A stretch of DNA of 64,000 nt from Neoechinorhynchus agilis (Eukaryota > Animalia > Acanthocephala), in NCBI GenBank assembly GCA_051530055.1, contig CM121341.1:12192784-12256783 (forward strand). The letters are read 5' to 3'. This document shows, piece after piece, positions 36,559-49,460 of this stretch; within the stretch, counting starts at the first letter, position 1, and every line of letters starts with the position of its first letter. The notes beneath the pieces were generated by a model. That model made no database searches. It was not told where the DNA came from and worked only from the letters and a program-made list of their open reading frames with translations. The position numbers and the translations under genes are program-made.

Positions 36559-39500
36559 TTTAGATACGTTAGATTTCAAAAAATGTGTACGCAACAAGCT
36601 GTTGCGGTGGAGGGTGGCGAACGGCCACCCAATGTTTTGAGAATTCCCGTGCCTCCGGACATTCGGAGTCAACTTCTCAGCAATCAAAATAGTAAGCATT
36701 TCGTGGACGTGCTTTCTAAAAGATGTCCCAATACGATAAGAATCGAAGCAAATCCAATACAACCCAGAGAAGAGCTACACAGACGTTATCTGGCTCCGTG
36801 GCTCAAATCCTTTAAGGATGATATCCATCGTATTTCATCTATCAGCTATTTCGGATGAATATTGAAAATCAGGTTTATAGCAACGGATTTTATGAAGGCT
36901 TATCTGGCTTTCATCAAGAAAAACTGCAACTTTGCAGGTGTGACAATTTCGAACACAAGTTATGAATCAACCTTTATCGTTTCTGGGCTCTCTCCAGATA
37001 TTGATGATGCAGATAAGATAGCGTTCGAGGAAAAATTCGGAGTCAAATTGCTCTTTTTGCTCAAGTCATCAAGAACGGGGAAGTTTATTCCCAAAGCTAT
37101 TGTAAAAGCTGCGGTCGAACGGAGGGACGCACTATGCACTGAGCGATCCTTCTTCCAATCCATGGAGGTTAAATTTACTTCAAACGAGATTTCGCGTTAC
37201 GACGACTATTACTTTCCTCGGTGCAGTGGGTGTCAATGTTGGGGACATTGGGAGCAGAGGTGCCCGTCCAAGGTCACGCGATGCGCTTTTTGTGGCCAAG
37301 ACCACCACAGTACCAAATGTGAGAAAAAGAAAAGCCACTGCTCAAACTGCGATCGAGATGGACATTGTGCGTTCTCAAAGAATTGTAAAGCATTTAAGGA
37401 ATATGTTGTGTGGGCGAGACTGCTAGTATCCAAGGTAAATAATTCATCCGACACTCGAGTTGCCCAGAATAGTTGGAATACGACAAAGGACAAACCCATA
37501 AGAGGATCTGCAACAACCAATACAACCAAAAAAACATACCCAAGGCAACAACTGGGTACATCCAAAGATGTTAATAATCTACGGACGACTTATGATGACA
37601 CCTTGGAAAAGAAGTTTGCTGATTTCTCCGCTAAAATCCTCGACATGGTCGATCTACGAATCACCGCGGCCATTCAGGGTCTTGAGAGGAGACTGCCCAG
37701 TTAAACGGTCTCATCGAAACTCTCTCGACAAAATTCATAGATATTCAGATCGCGACCGGGGTAGCTCCAGCACCCTGCAAACGCAGTCGAGCACTGGTTT
37801 CAAGTAGCAACGGTGTAGACGATGTGGATATGTACGAGGCCGAGGAGTTCGTGAGCAACATCATAAGCGACTGACGGGGTCCGCGCAGTGGAACGCAGGT
37901 GGGCTTTTGGGTATTCATGGCCTTTTGTCTGAAGCACAGAGAAGTGATATTACTTTTATCCAAGAAACTAAGTCGCTGTACTCTCTTAACAACCTCCCGA
38001 ATAGTTTTAATATTTTATCTAGTGAATATTCTTTATTTTGTACAAAACCCTTTTTAAACTACTCTCCAGGCTTATTATCCATTTTTAAAACTTGCCTCCA
38101 ACCAACCCTAATTTCCGAGTTTACTTCCCCAGATTTGTCTTACGCTTTATTTTCAATACGTTTCTTGGGAAGGAAATTGCTCTTAGGTAATTTCTATATT
38201 AAACCTAGAAAAATACACCTCACTCATAATAAAGATTTTATAAAAAATGTTTTAGCATCCGGAATTGACTTTTGCTTCGGAGATTTCAACGACCCTTCTT
38301 ACAAACGGATAAAGGCCATTTTACGTTCGGATGATACCCATGACCTTATTGTCCCTGCGGATCCTACGTTTACCGACGGCTGGTCTCATTCTTTTCTAGA
38401 CTTGTGTCTTGCTCGAAGTAACTCATTTGTTAAACCCAAACTGGTTCTCAATCATCAATTTTCCGTATTGCTGGACACGATATCTTAGTGTGGGAATTGG
38501 GACGGAATATTCTTTTGTGCCGTAAATTTAAGTTTAGTGCACTTAACATCAACATCTTTAACGCTGCCATAAATTTGGCTTTCACTTTTGGCGCTTTTGA
38601 TCAGTTAAAGGACTTAAATGAATTTGTGGTTACAGCTAGTGACTCGATTTTGACAACGGTCACGAGAAGTATCGGGTCGAAAATGCAGAAACCAAAAGTA
38701 CTCTCCCTGTATGGCAGACAACTTTTTATGGCTAAGGCAATCGATGATCGGGGGTCGGCGACAGTAAGCGAATTAGCTTTTTATGCCTTATTCCTCTCCT
38801 TGGTGGCATGTCGTTGCACCAAAAAGATTTTGTCCCTGGAAAAGGGCCGCATCGAGTTGGAATAAAACCTCGGGGTGGGGCAATGTTATTAGCGCTCTTT
38901 GCATTGAACATTGCAATGGAGCAAGTAATGTCCCGGTCTTCAATAATTTTATTCAAATTAAGCCTCGTCGTTTTGATTTACGCCGGAATGATTTTATCAT
39001 TTGGCGGGGTTCAAGAAATCTTACATCCAACAATGGTTCTTCCCCCTGTTTCAAAGCCACCAACGTTCTCAATCAATCAAATATCACTTCCTTCGCTGAG
39101 CACATGTTGGCAGCGTCCCCTGATGAATGGTCTCAGATAAACATAGCGAAGAGAATATTTCTCTGTAAAAAAAGGTAGGGCTGTTTCTTCACCTAGTGAT
39201 GTGAGACCTATCTCCATTCAGAATTCGTTTGTTTCCATATACGAGCGACTTCTGGCCAAAATTATAATGGATTTTTCTTTTAAACGTCACCTTATTGATG
39301 AACGCTGTCATGGTTTCCTCCCAGGGAAATCTGTTCATACTGCAATTGCTAAAATAATAGATAACCTTTTTAGTCACCCCAAGTCAACAAACATTCTTAT
39401 CTCGTTCGACATATCTAAAGCTTTTGATAATATTGGCATTGCTTTTATGGTGAATATTTTGAGATTTTTTGTTTTCCTTTTAAAATAATTGCTAGAGTGA

Positions 39501-40224
39501 ACAACATCCTGAAATGTAAACGATTTTTCTTTGCAGATGATCCATCAAGGTCTATATTCTATCAATTCAAGGGGTTCCTCAAGGCTCACCTTTATCACCC
39601 ATACTTTTTTTGCTTGGCAACTCAATTTTTGATTAAAAATTGCACGATTTTGTAGTAGCGTCACTATGCACGCCGATGACCTTACCGTAGTTATCAAAGA
39701 GTTAAATTATTTGAGAGCACGTGCGAAACTGGCTGCCGTGCTGAACTTTTTAAAATCCCACCTACCTCAAATGGGTCTCTCTTTGAATGAAAAGAAGACG
39801 AAATTTTTAATCAAATCTAAATCTTGAGTGGGTAAGAAGAACATCCGGGATTATATCAAGGATTTTTTGGGTTAGATTTCAACCCTGCTTATAAGAAGCT
39901 TGATATTTTAGGTTATACTTTCACTAATAACCTCTCGCCCGCCTCCGATATACACAAGATGAAAAAACTTTTAAAGACAGCCAGAGTTAAGGCGAGACGT
40001 GCCGCTCGTATTGGGCTTAGCGCCAAGATATGCAAAGTAATATGATGCTTTTGGGCTATTTCAGGCCTAGTTTTTTATTCCAGAGGAAGGCCTCCAGAAC
40101 AAAACCTAAAATTCCGCTGTGTATTCTTGAAAACCTGTCGAGACTACCCTTTGAGTGGATTTCCTCAGCAGACTGGACCAACAAATCCATGCAGTGGATC
40201 GGATTGTGACCTCAAATAAAAAAA
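36559..40224 (+). mobile_element. LINE family B, longest copy (ORF1, APE, RT; frameshifted)
   Basis: ORF1 36583-37704; APE QWNAGG, FIQET, GNFY, GDFND, FLD; RT RPISIQN, HGFLPGKS, SFDISKAFD, PQGSPLSP, MHADD, LGYTF; A-rich end 40214-40224. Confidence 0.9.
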
Positions 40225-41925
40225 CGGATACTTAACTATAGAATGTTGCTTTGGTTATTCAGCGACAGCGGTCGATCCATGGTTTGCCTTTGACGAATAA
40301 ATTTTTTTAGATACGTTCGTGCAATACTAAAACGCGCTCATTGCTCCGATCAACAGCGATGGATAATGCGTTGTTATCGTTGAGCGCTGCAGCGGAGGGT
40401 GGCAAACGGCCACCCACTTCTCTGAGAATTCGGGTGTCTCTGGAGGTCCGGAATAGTATTCTAGGAGATATGAAGCTATTTCTCAATGACAAAAACTCCA
40501 TGGATAAACCCAAACTTCTCGAAATAAAATCAGTTGAAAAACCAACGGATCCTATCTACTTATCCCCTCCATTACAAAAATGGCCACATTCCATCTCGAT
40601 TGTCTCGAACCCGATTCAAAATGTATCTCGTTTCATGGCTTCGTTCTTTCAACGATGATTGCCAGAGAATCATGAAAGTCACATACAAACCATGGAACAG
40701 AGAATGCAATTTCCTGTTCTCAACTCAACGGAATTGTTGGTTGTGTACGCAAGAAGTGATCAGGACAAGCGAAGCAACATCCGAAAAACTCCAACCCGAG
40801 TTAATTGAGCCCACCCTTCCTATTTGGTAGCACCATCGAAAACAATGGCCTTATACGATATCAATTACATCGAATCCAATACAACCGAGAGAGTCTATGC
40901 ACAAAGAATATCTCACTCCTTGGGCGAGATTGTTCGACGACAACGTTGAACGGATTTCCAGAGTATCGTACTACGGTGGCAGTCTAAAAGTTTATCTTTT
41001 GACCGATACATTTCGTAAAAGCTATGAAAAATTCCTGGAAAAATGCGATCAATCGAAAGTTAAAATTCACTCGACATCTTACGACACTACGTTTGTTGAC
41101 TGTGAATTATCCCCAGACATCGATAATGAAGACAAAATAGCCTTTGAAGAGAAATTCCATGTCAAAATTTTGTTTTTCCAAAAAACCCGGAAGGACCGGC
41201 AAGCCCATTCCGAGGGCAATCGTGGAAGCAGATATCGGAACCAGGAATCACTTGACGGAACGGAAAAGCTATTTTCAATCTATGGAGATGATCCGACCAA
41301 GATGCGCCATGGGCACAACAATGCCCAAGTAAAAGGATTATTTGCGCCTACTGCGCCGAGGAGCATGGGAGTGGTCAATGCGAGCGCCGAACCAAGAAAT
41401 GCGCAAATTGTGGACAAGTAGGCCACTGCGCCTTCGCAAAATCGTGCACCAGTTTAAAAGCCTACATGTTCTGGGCTAGCGATGTGGACAATCAGAAGAG
41501 GTTAATTAATACTGAATGGTATGGGAGGAAATCGGTTAAGAATGTGATAGAGAACAACCCAGATATTACCGAAGTGTGCAATCCTAACAATTCATCAATG
41601 GAAGAACCTCCATTACGCAAACTATGAAGAATATGGAGGCATTATCAAGGACGCAGGAGTTTCAATATCCCAACAAGAGAGGGAGAACAGAACATGACAG
41701 TTGCCAATTAGATAAGGGCGCATACGACGATCCTATCGAGGGCAATGCGGCCTATTTACAACAAATAATAAACGAACAACAAGCGTTCTGCGATGGCTGT
41801 TTTGCTGATATCGTCAAAAAAGGAAAAAGAAGATGACCAGCGTAAGGTTGGTGCAGTGGAATTCCTGAGGTAAGTTCGGGTTACCTAGATTATGTGGCGA
41901 AGCGCTGAAGAGTGATATTATACTG
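40225..41925 (+). mobile_element. LINE family C, ORF1 and start of APE
   Basis: AEGGKRPP start; CPSKRIICAYCAEEH..CANCGQVGHC knuckles; MTSVRLVQWNS APE start at ~41832, then truncated by module Y. Confidence 0.8.
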
Positions 41926-44230
41926 GTGCTATATTTACCATTAATAGTCTCCGTTTGTGCACTCGTTAGTCTACTTGGTTCGAGCGTCACTCCGTTTTCG
42001 AACCAAAGAACCATCTTCATCACTCATCCTTGAAACGAAATGTACACGGCCCTTGAACTTGCCTGAATCTACAACGATTTCCAATACGAAATCACTTGGT
42101 TGACTCAGGTGTATCAGTACCACTATGCGCTCTATGGAGATCGGTATACCGACTATTTTAAAAAGTACCACTGGGTTCAATACTGGAACCACATAGCTTT
42201 GTGGGCCATGAGCAGAGGCATAACCGAGTAGCTGCCTCTGCTAATGAAGGTCGGCTAAAATCGCAAACTGACCCCTATGTCATAGTCATTGCGATATTTT
42301 CAATAAAGTGTTATCTTTATTGCTTGATCGAATTCTTGTGTTACGCAAACTATGTTCGATGCGAAAATGACTATCAAGAATATTTATTGCTACCAATAAT
42401 CCAATATAGAAGCAAATCGCGAGCATTATAATTGGGCCGATAATGTTGTGATTGCATGCAATGCGTTCCCTTAAAAAAAACTAGTACCATTCAGCAGATA
42501 GAATTTTCGGAATCTTATGGAGGCTGATATTTAAGAACATTGACTTGTGAGATAAATGAAAGTAATGTTTAATTTGAACATTTTATTTTGCGTTCACGAA
42601 ATACAAAAACGTCCCCGCTAAAAATTATAATGTTCTTGCGGTTCACTGTTCTCTTTTTCAATGCTCATAGTTGAGCGATGAATCAATAATTGTTCACGCC
42701 TCGCACGAATGATCATCGAGTCGATTTCCTAGGAACGTCGTATTGGGTGAAGCATTTCCATTCATTGAATACCACTGCCCTTTTACTGTCGATATCCACA
42801 GAATCTCCAACAATGCAAATATTTTGGATTACCCTTTTCTATCATAAATTTTATCAATCAAAATTAGATTTTAAGGATCTTCAAGAGATTAATATTGTAA
42901 AGAAAATTTTTATTCCGAAAGCTAAAGGTGCCATTAGCAAGCCAAATCACATTAGAATCATTGCCATTCAAAATCCTATAATATCCTGTGTAGAGAAAAT
43001 AGTCAATAACTCTCTTCTGAATTTTTTATACTCGAAAACTAATCCCTCCATATTTTCACGGATTTGTAGGCAAAAGAGGTGTGCACTCACTTTTAAATGA
43101 CTTGAATAATCTTAATCTTCCAATACGCACAAATAAATTGTTAATCCAATTAGACCTAAATAAGGCTTTCGATGCTTTGGATAGGAATTTCCTTTACAAG
43201 GTTTTTGTTGAATTAAAGTTGCTTTTAAAGCTCATTCATAAGAGTCAACACCTTATTAAATCCAAATCCTATTATTATGAGGTGGATCCTTCGTGCACTA
43301 GATTTTACTCTAAATTCGGAGTTCCTCAAGGCTCGCCTTTATCTCCCACCCTCTTTCTTATTGTAACTATTTTTATATTCAAATCAATGAAGGGTGCTAG
43401 AAGCATACATCCACTAGTCCACGCGGATGATATTTTTTATTTTGTTCTGCTTGGCGTAGAAGGAATCTTCTGAATTCTATGTGTTTGTATCTTAATAAAC
43501 TATCTACGTCTCTTAGAGAAGCCAATTTAATTATTAATGTAAATAAGACTTTTATAATACCATTGACTAAATCCCGTCTTCCAAGACGATCCAAGTCAAT
43601 CTTTTAAATTCTTCGCCCTTTTATAAAGGCGTTACAACTAAAATGCATACGCGACTATTAGGCATTAATTGCCCCTCGTCCGCTAACAGATTCTTTATAA
43701 ATACTCATTTTAAATCTACTTTTAATAAAATTAAAGCAATCATTAAGAGGTATCGGCATGTTTCGCAGGACAAGGGTGTTCTCTACAACATTCTTAAAAC
43801 TCTTATGGGAGGTCTGTCTTTTTCTTCGCTAGGGACCGTCCTCCTGAAATGAGGCATGATTTTTTCAATAAGTTTTATCCCCATCTTAACAACTGTAAGT
43901 TTGTTAGGATGGGTTCCTTTGTATATAGACTCAAATGTGACTTGCAAACATTCAAAGATAACAATGATGAATTATGCAATAATATTACTAAACTTAAGAC
44001 ACAAGAAGTTACAATTTTTAATCAGCTAAGTAAAAATTTGCCTTCAAAATACTACCATAAATATATTTTAGAGAAAAATAACTGATGAACACTGATTGAG
44101 GGATTTGATCAATCCGACACTCGATCGGTGTTAATTATCAGTTTTGTTAATTGACAATACAATTAAGGAAAAGAGTATCGATATTAAATCTTATAAAATT
44201 GAACTTGTATTGGGCCAGAAATAAATAAAT

Positions 44231-47168
44231 GATAATTGCGCAGAGACACAAAGGTGTGCGCAATTACGACTAAATCTCAAGCGATTGTAGAAAAGGATTG
44301 TAATGGAGGTTCTTAAACAATGAATGATTGTAACCAGTATGAGTTAATATCTTCCCTTCCACCTTTACCTCCACAATCCTTCAGTGGTGGCCAATCTGAC
44401 TCAGTATCTCCAATCGTCTCCCTGATCGGCACCTTACCACAAAACATATTAAAAAGGATCCCAAAAGGCGCGAGATACCAATGTGCGAGGTTCTATTCGA
44501 CACTGCTCTCGAAGTGCGTCTCTGAGCCGATCGAAGCTAACTACTTGCGGGTATTCGCCTTTCCTCGAATAATCTTGAACACAAACCGCGACTCGGACAG
44601 TAATCTCACCTGTACGATCAAAAAGCGACTCACGGATTATGACAATTTATTTGGGATAAGCTTGAGTAGATCTATGGAGTCGCCTTCAATCGAAGCTAAA
44701 CGCCCAAAATGCTCAGGCCAACGTTCTCTCCTTGCCAAGAGAGTCTCTGCAAAACTGGCTGACTTCGATGTACGAGGTGCAGTTCAGTTGCTAAGTTCGA
44801 CGGACTCATTTGCTAGAAGTGATCAGTGCACACTTGATGCACTTAGAGGTAAACACCCCGTCGGCAATCCCCCTTCCTTACCTGATGTCCCTACTGAGGC
44901 CAGTTTCCAATGCGATATCTCAGAGTTAAGAAAAGCAATCGCCTCCTTCCCGAACGGCTCTGGACATGGTCCCGATGGTCTTCGCCCTCAACATTTGAAA
45001 GACATGCTCAGTTTAGGAGCAGCAGCTGCTGGATCAACTCTTGAAGCATCCCTAAGGGATTTCACGGAACAAATCATCAACGGTATCCCACCTCCCGAGG
45101 CGACAAGCTTCCTCTTCTCAGCCACACTATGCGCCTTATCCAAAACGAATGGTGACATTCGTCCGATTGCTGTGGGATGTACAATACGACGTTTGGCTGC
45201 TAAATTATTGTGCAAAAGATTTTACGATGACGTTGGACGTCAACTCCGTCCCTTTCAACTAGGGTGCTGCACTCCATGTGGAGCTGAATCGATCGTCCAT
45301 GCGACAAGATCTTTCACAGACAATCGAGCACATTGAACGCAGTGCTTAAGGTGGATTTCAGCAACGCCTTTAATTCAGTCGATCGCTCAGCCCTACTGAA
45401 AACAGTAGCTGTTAGCCTTCCTGGAGCATATCGTTATTTTCAGATCGCATATGGCACCAAGACCCCTCTATTCTTCGACCACCACACCATTTGGTCAGAA
45501 ACCGGTGTACAACAGGGATATCATCTGGGTCCGATTGGGTTTGCTTTGATAACGAACGATATCATCCGAATGCTTAACTCAAAACTAAACGTGTGGTATC
45601 TAGACGATGCGACAATTGGTGGAGATCCGGCAGTGGTCCTAGATGATTTGAAGAGGCTGATCATCGCCACATCGAAAATCGTATTAACTGTGAACTCGTC
45701 GAAATGTGAGCTAATGCTAATCAATGCAAACCAATCGGATAGAGATGCAATTTACAGCTCCTTTCTTGATATCGCTCCGGGAATACGACTCATTGAACCG
45801 GATCGTTTCTCTCTTCTTGGTAGCTGTGTCCTTAGTTCGAACGTTGAGAGGGAAATCGATGAAGTATTGCCTGATTTGGAACGTTTGTGCAGTCGAACGT
45901 GTGAGCTTGGCTCTCATGAAGCCCTATTCCTTTTGAGGAATTGTTTATGCATGCCAAAAATGCTGTATAAGTTAAGAGCGGCTCCATACTTCGAGCACTC
46001 ACATAAGCTTCGACAGATTGATTTAATGCTGAGGAGACAACTACAACGCATCACGAACTCCCAGCTTTCAAATGAGGCATGGCAACAAGCAATACTGCCT
46101 ATAGAATACGGTGGATTGGGCCTTCGGAGCGTAGTCGAATTAGCACTTCCAGCTTTCCTCGCATCGGTCACCAAAACAAAAAATATAACCAATGTTATAT
46201 CGCAGCAGACCGATATGTCGGCGGATGATGTCGAACGTCGTGGAGTTTCCTCGTGGCTCATCAAGACCGATCTAGATCAAGTTCCAAAAAATGGCCACGA
46301 ACAGCCTGTTTGGGATAAACCCCTCGTAGAGAGAGCCTATAATAAATTGAAAGGGCATCTCGATTCGGTGTCTCAAACACGGCTAGTGGCGAGCTCTTCT
46401 AAGGAGTCTGGCGCTTGGTTAAATGCGCTGCCAATCAGACCTTTAGGCACACACCTTGACGACGAGTCGGTGAGGGTGGCTATCGGGTTGAGGCTTGGCA
46501 TACCTCTATGCATACCCCACAAATGTCGATGTGGTTCAGCAGTTGACGAGTCAGGTAGACATGGCCTTCTTTGTAAACGATCTGGTGGTCGATTGGCGAG
46601 ACACGAGAAGTTAAACAACATTATTAGCAGGACGCTCCACTCATTAAATGTCCCGACTCTATTAGAGCCGAACCACCTGTGTCGCTCAGATGGCAAACGT
46701 CCCGATGGGATGACCATATTCCCGTGGAAAGAGGGAAAATGCCTTATCTGGGACGCCACATGCGTCGATTCGTTAGCACCCTCCAACCGAAGTGATGCAA
46801 TATCAGGACCGGGAGGAGCTGCGACGGCGGCCGAGAGGAGGAAGACAGCGAAATACGCTGAGCTGGAAAAGACACCTATTTCTTCCTTTCGGTGTGGAGA
46901 CAAATGGGGCGTTTGGAGTTTCGGCAAACAAATTTTGCGCGGAGATAGGCCGACTACTCATAAAAGCCAGCGGAGATCACAGAATAAGGAACTACCTCAT
47001 CCAACGCTTGAGTGTGGCTATTCAACGGGGCAACACGGCAAGCGTGATAACAACGGCCCAATGGGTGGCGCGTAATGAGGGATATAATGAAAACAAAAAG
47101 ATTGAATTATAAATTTGTTAGAGCTGCTTAATAGTTCTTTTCGTAGACAAAAATAAATAAATAAATAA
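44231..47168 (+). mobile_element. CRE-like family 3, near-intact ORF with two frameshifts
   Basis: 44320-47112: KRIPKGAR, SGHGPDGLRPQHL, IRPIAVG, LKVDFSNAFNS, GVQQGYHLGP, WYLDD, GGLGLR, CRCG..RHGLLC, KRPDG, DATCVDS, K..KY; frameshifts at ~45333 and ~46876; (AAAT)n at both ends. Confidence 0.92.
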
Positions 47169-48899
47169 TTCGCTCGTTATTTTTTCGTTGAATAAAACGA
47201 ACATCGTTGTCTACCCGCTACAGCTATGACAACTTTTGATCAATTCATTAAAATCACCCTAAGTTTCCATAGCTTTTAAGGAACAGCGACTAATAGAACT
47301 TCCAAAATGAACATCTTTTCGATGTGGGCGTTTCGGTTAGAGTCGAGATGCGAAAAGAGCTATCCATCGGAATATAATGTCAAATATCACTCCGTCAGAA
47401 GTATTCAAATGTAGTTCAACACAAAAAGCAACGCGCTCTGTTTTCTAGTTGTACTCCATGCACCATGCGTGCAAATCGATTGGTGGACCCCTGACGTACT
47501 CGCCACACAAATATGTTTGAAGTTTTAAAGGATGTTAATTATATAGATACGCTCAATTCCGATTGGGTTTTAGTTGAATGCCAAAAATCCACTAGAAAGC
47601 AAGTCCGTTAGCAATAAGGCCTCCAATTGTACAGGAATATCTCTTTGGCAAAATATTTGCAATAAAAGAAAACCATTTGCTAATAATCGCATGACTTGGT
47701 CGTTATGACAACTTTTGATCAATTTAATAAAATCAACCTTAGCTTTGAACGTTTGGAAGAAGAAGCGACAAGTATAACTGCCCAAATTAATGCCTTTTTG
47801 GCGTGGTCGTCTTGGTTAAAACCGTGACGCGAAATGAGCGATTGCTGAAAAACATTGCCGAATGTCGCTCCGTCAGAAGTATTCAAATATATTTCAAGTT
47901 TTCAACTACACTAATTTAAAGCAGCTAACAATTGACTCCGATAGGTTTTAGTTCATTAGCGAATAACGAATCAGAGGAGATCGAAATCGTGATTGGAAGT
48001 TTTGAGTTTTATTAGGTAAGAAAATGAGCGTTACTACTTCTCAAATATCTCTAAATTATATTATTTGCAAAGCAAATACATAACAATTTTAATGCTTTTA
48101 GTGCAAACCAAATGTTCGTCGAAGTATTCTCCTAAACATAGGATTTCTTGGGATGCCGTAAATGTGGTACACCCCCATTACATCGTTGGGTTATAGAAGG
48201 ATTTCTCGGGATGCTGTAGTCTTTGTACAACCCAATCCTCAGTTGAAGGATTCTTTAAAACGAAGGATTTCTTGGGGCTTGAACGGTTAAATCGAACCTC
48301 GGATGCTATGCAAGCCTCTATTCAAAATGTCCACGCTAATTCGGAAAAGGGCGTAGACTCCATCTCGGACGTCACCGCAGGAAAATTTTATTTCTGACTA
48401 AAATTAAAAACAATTTCAGGTTTGAAACAATGGAGTCTGATTTTAACTATTCGGCAGCATAAATCTCCTAACTACTCAAAGAGATCATTGATAACACTAA
48501 ATTTTCAACGATACAGAATTCCTCGAAAAGAAAATTAGTTGATAAACGACGCATCCATTAATTTCCAAAAGAACACTCACGAGCATTGAGGCGCTAATAC
48601 ACTTCCACTATTCTTTGGGACGAATGTAAAAAATCAACCACCACCTCCGTAACCGCTCGATTCATCGGTCACAAAAAAAGAGCGATGCGAAAAACGTAAA
48701 TGCAGCGATGTAAAGCAAACGACGACTTGGAAGGCAAAAAAACGACAGAATTACAACTTTTTTTTGTTAATTTGGCGCGCGTTCAAATTTTTATCGTCAT
48801 CTTTAATCGAAAAAATTAATTTGTGAAAAGTACTCATGTAATGTGCTTGTTCGGAGTGTTTTAAAATTAACATCAATTTTATTCTTTTCAAAAGTTTTT

Positions 48900-49300
48900 T
48901 TTTTAAATAAGCAACTGTTTATTAGTCCCTTCACAAAGCCGCCAGTGTGTCCTGCAGTGTTCCAATCGTCTTCAAAGTCTCTTCTTGGCTTTTCTAATAG
49001 ATTAGAGATTGTGAGTTTGGAAGGACGAGCTGTTCGATTGGCTGCAACGGTTGAGACTAACTTAATTGGTGGCTTTGTTTCCGAAGCGTCAAAGAAATGG
49101 AGAGAAAAGTCACCGTCGACTCTTATTGGTGGTCAGCAAAACCGATATCCGTCCGTAACTGGCCTCTATGCTCACCAAGTTCTTCCCATTGTCGGAATCG
49201 TGGCTGATGGTGGTTGCTTGTCTGTATATGGCAATATAGAGCGAATTGGAGTGTCTTGACAAATCGAAGTGTATATGCATGCGAGATGGAATCGGGATGA
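48900..49300 (-). other. Possible decayed coding relic of unknown identity
   Basis: One minus frame is largely open (RFHLACI.. to ..GGFVKGLINSC, three stops); no confident family. Confidence 0.2.
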
Positions 49301-49460
49301 TGATTGGAACATACTTTTATATCCTATTATTTTATCACTCAAAAGCTAGCCTCTTAAGCCACTAACCCTTAGGGTTTCATTTTTTGTTTTAAAAAGAACA
49401 CTTCACCGGAATATCGTAAAGATTTTGTTTTTCCATTTCGCCAAAGTGTCTAATTTTTAC

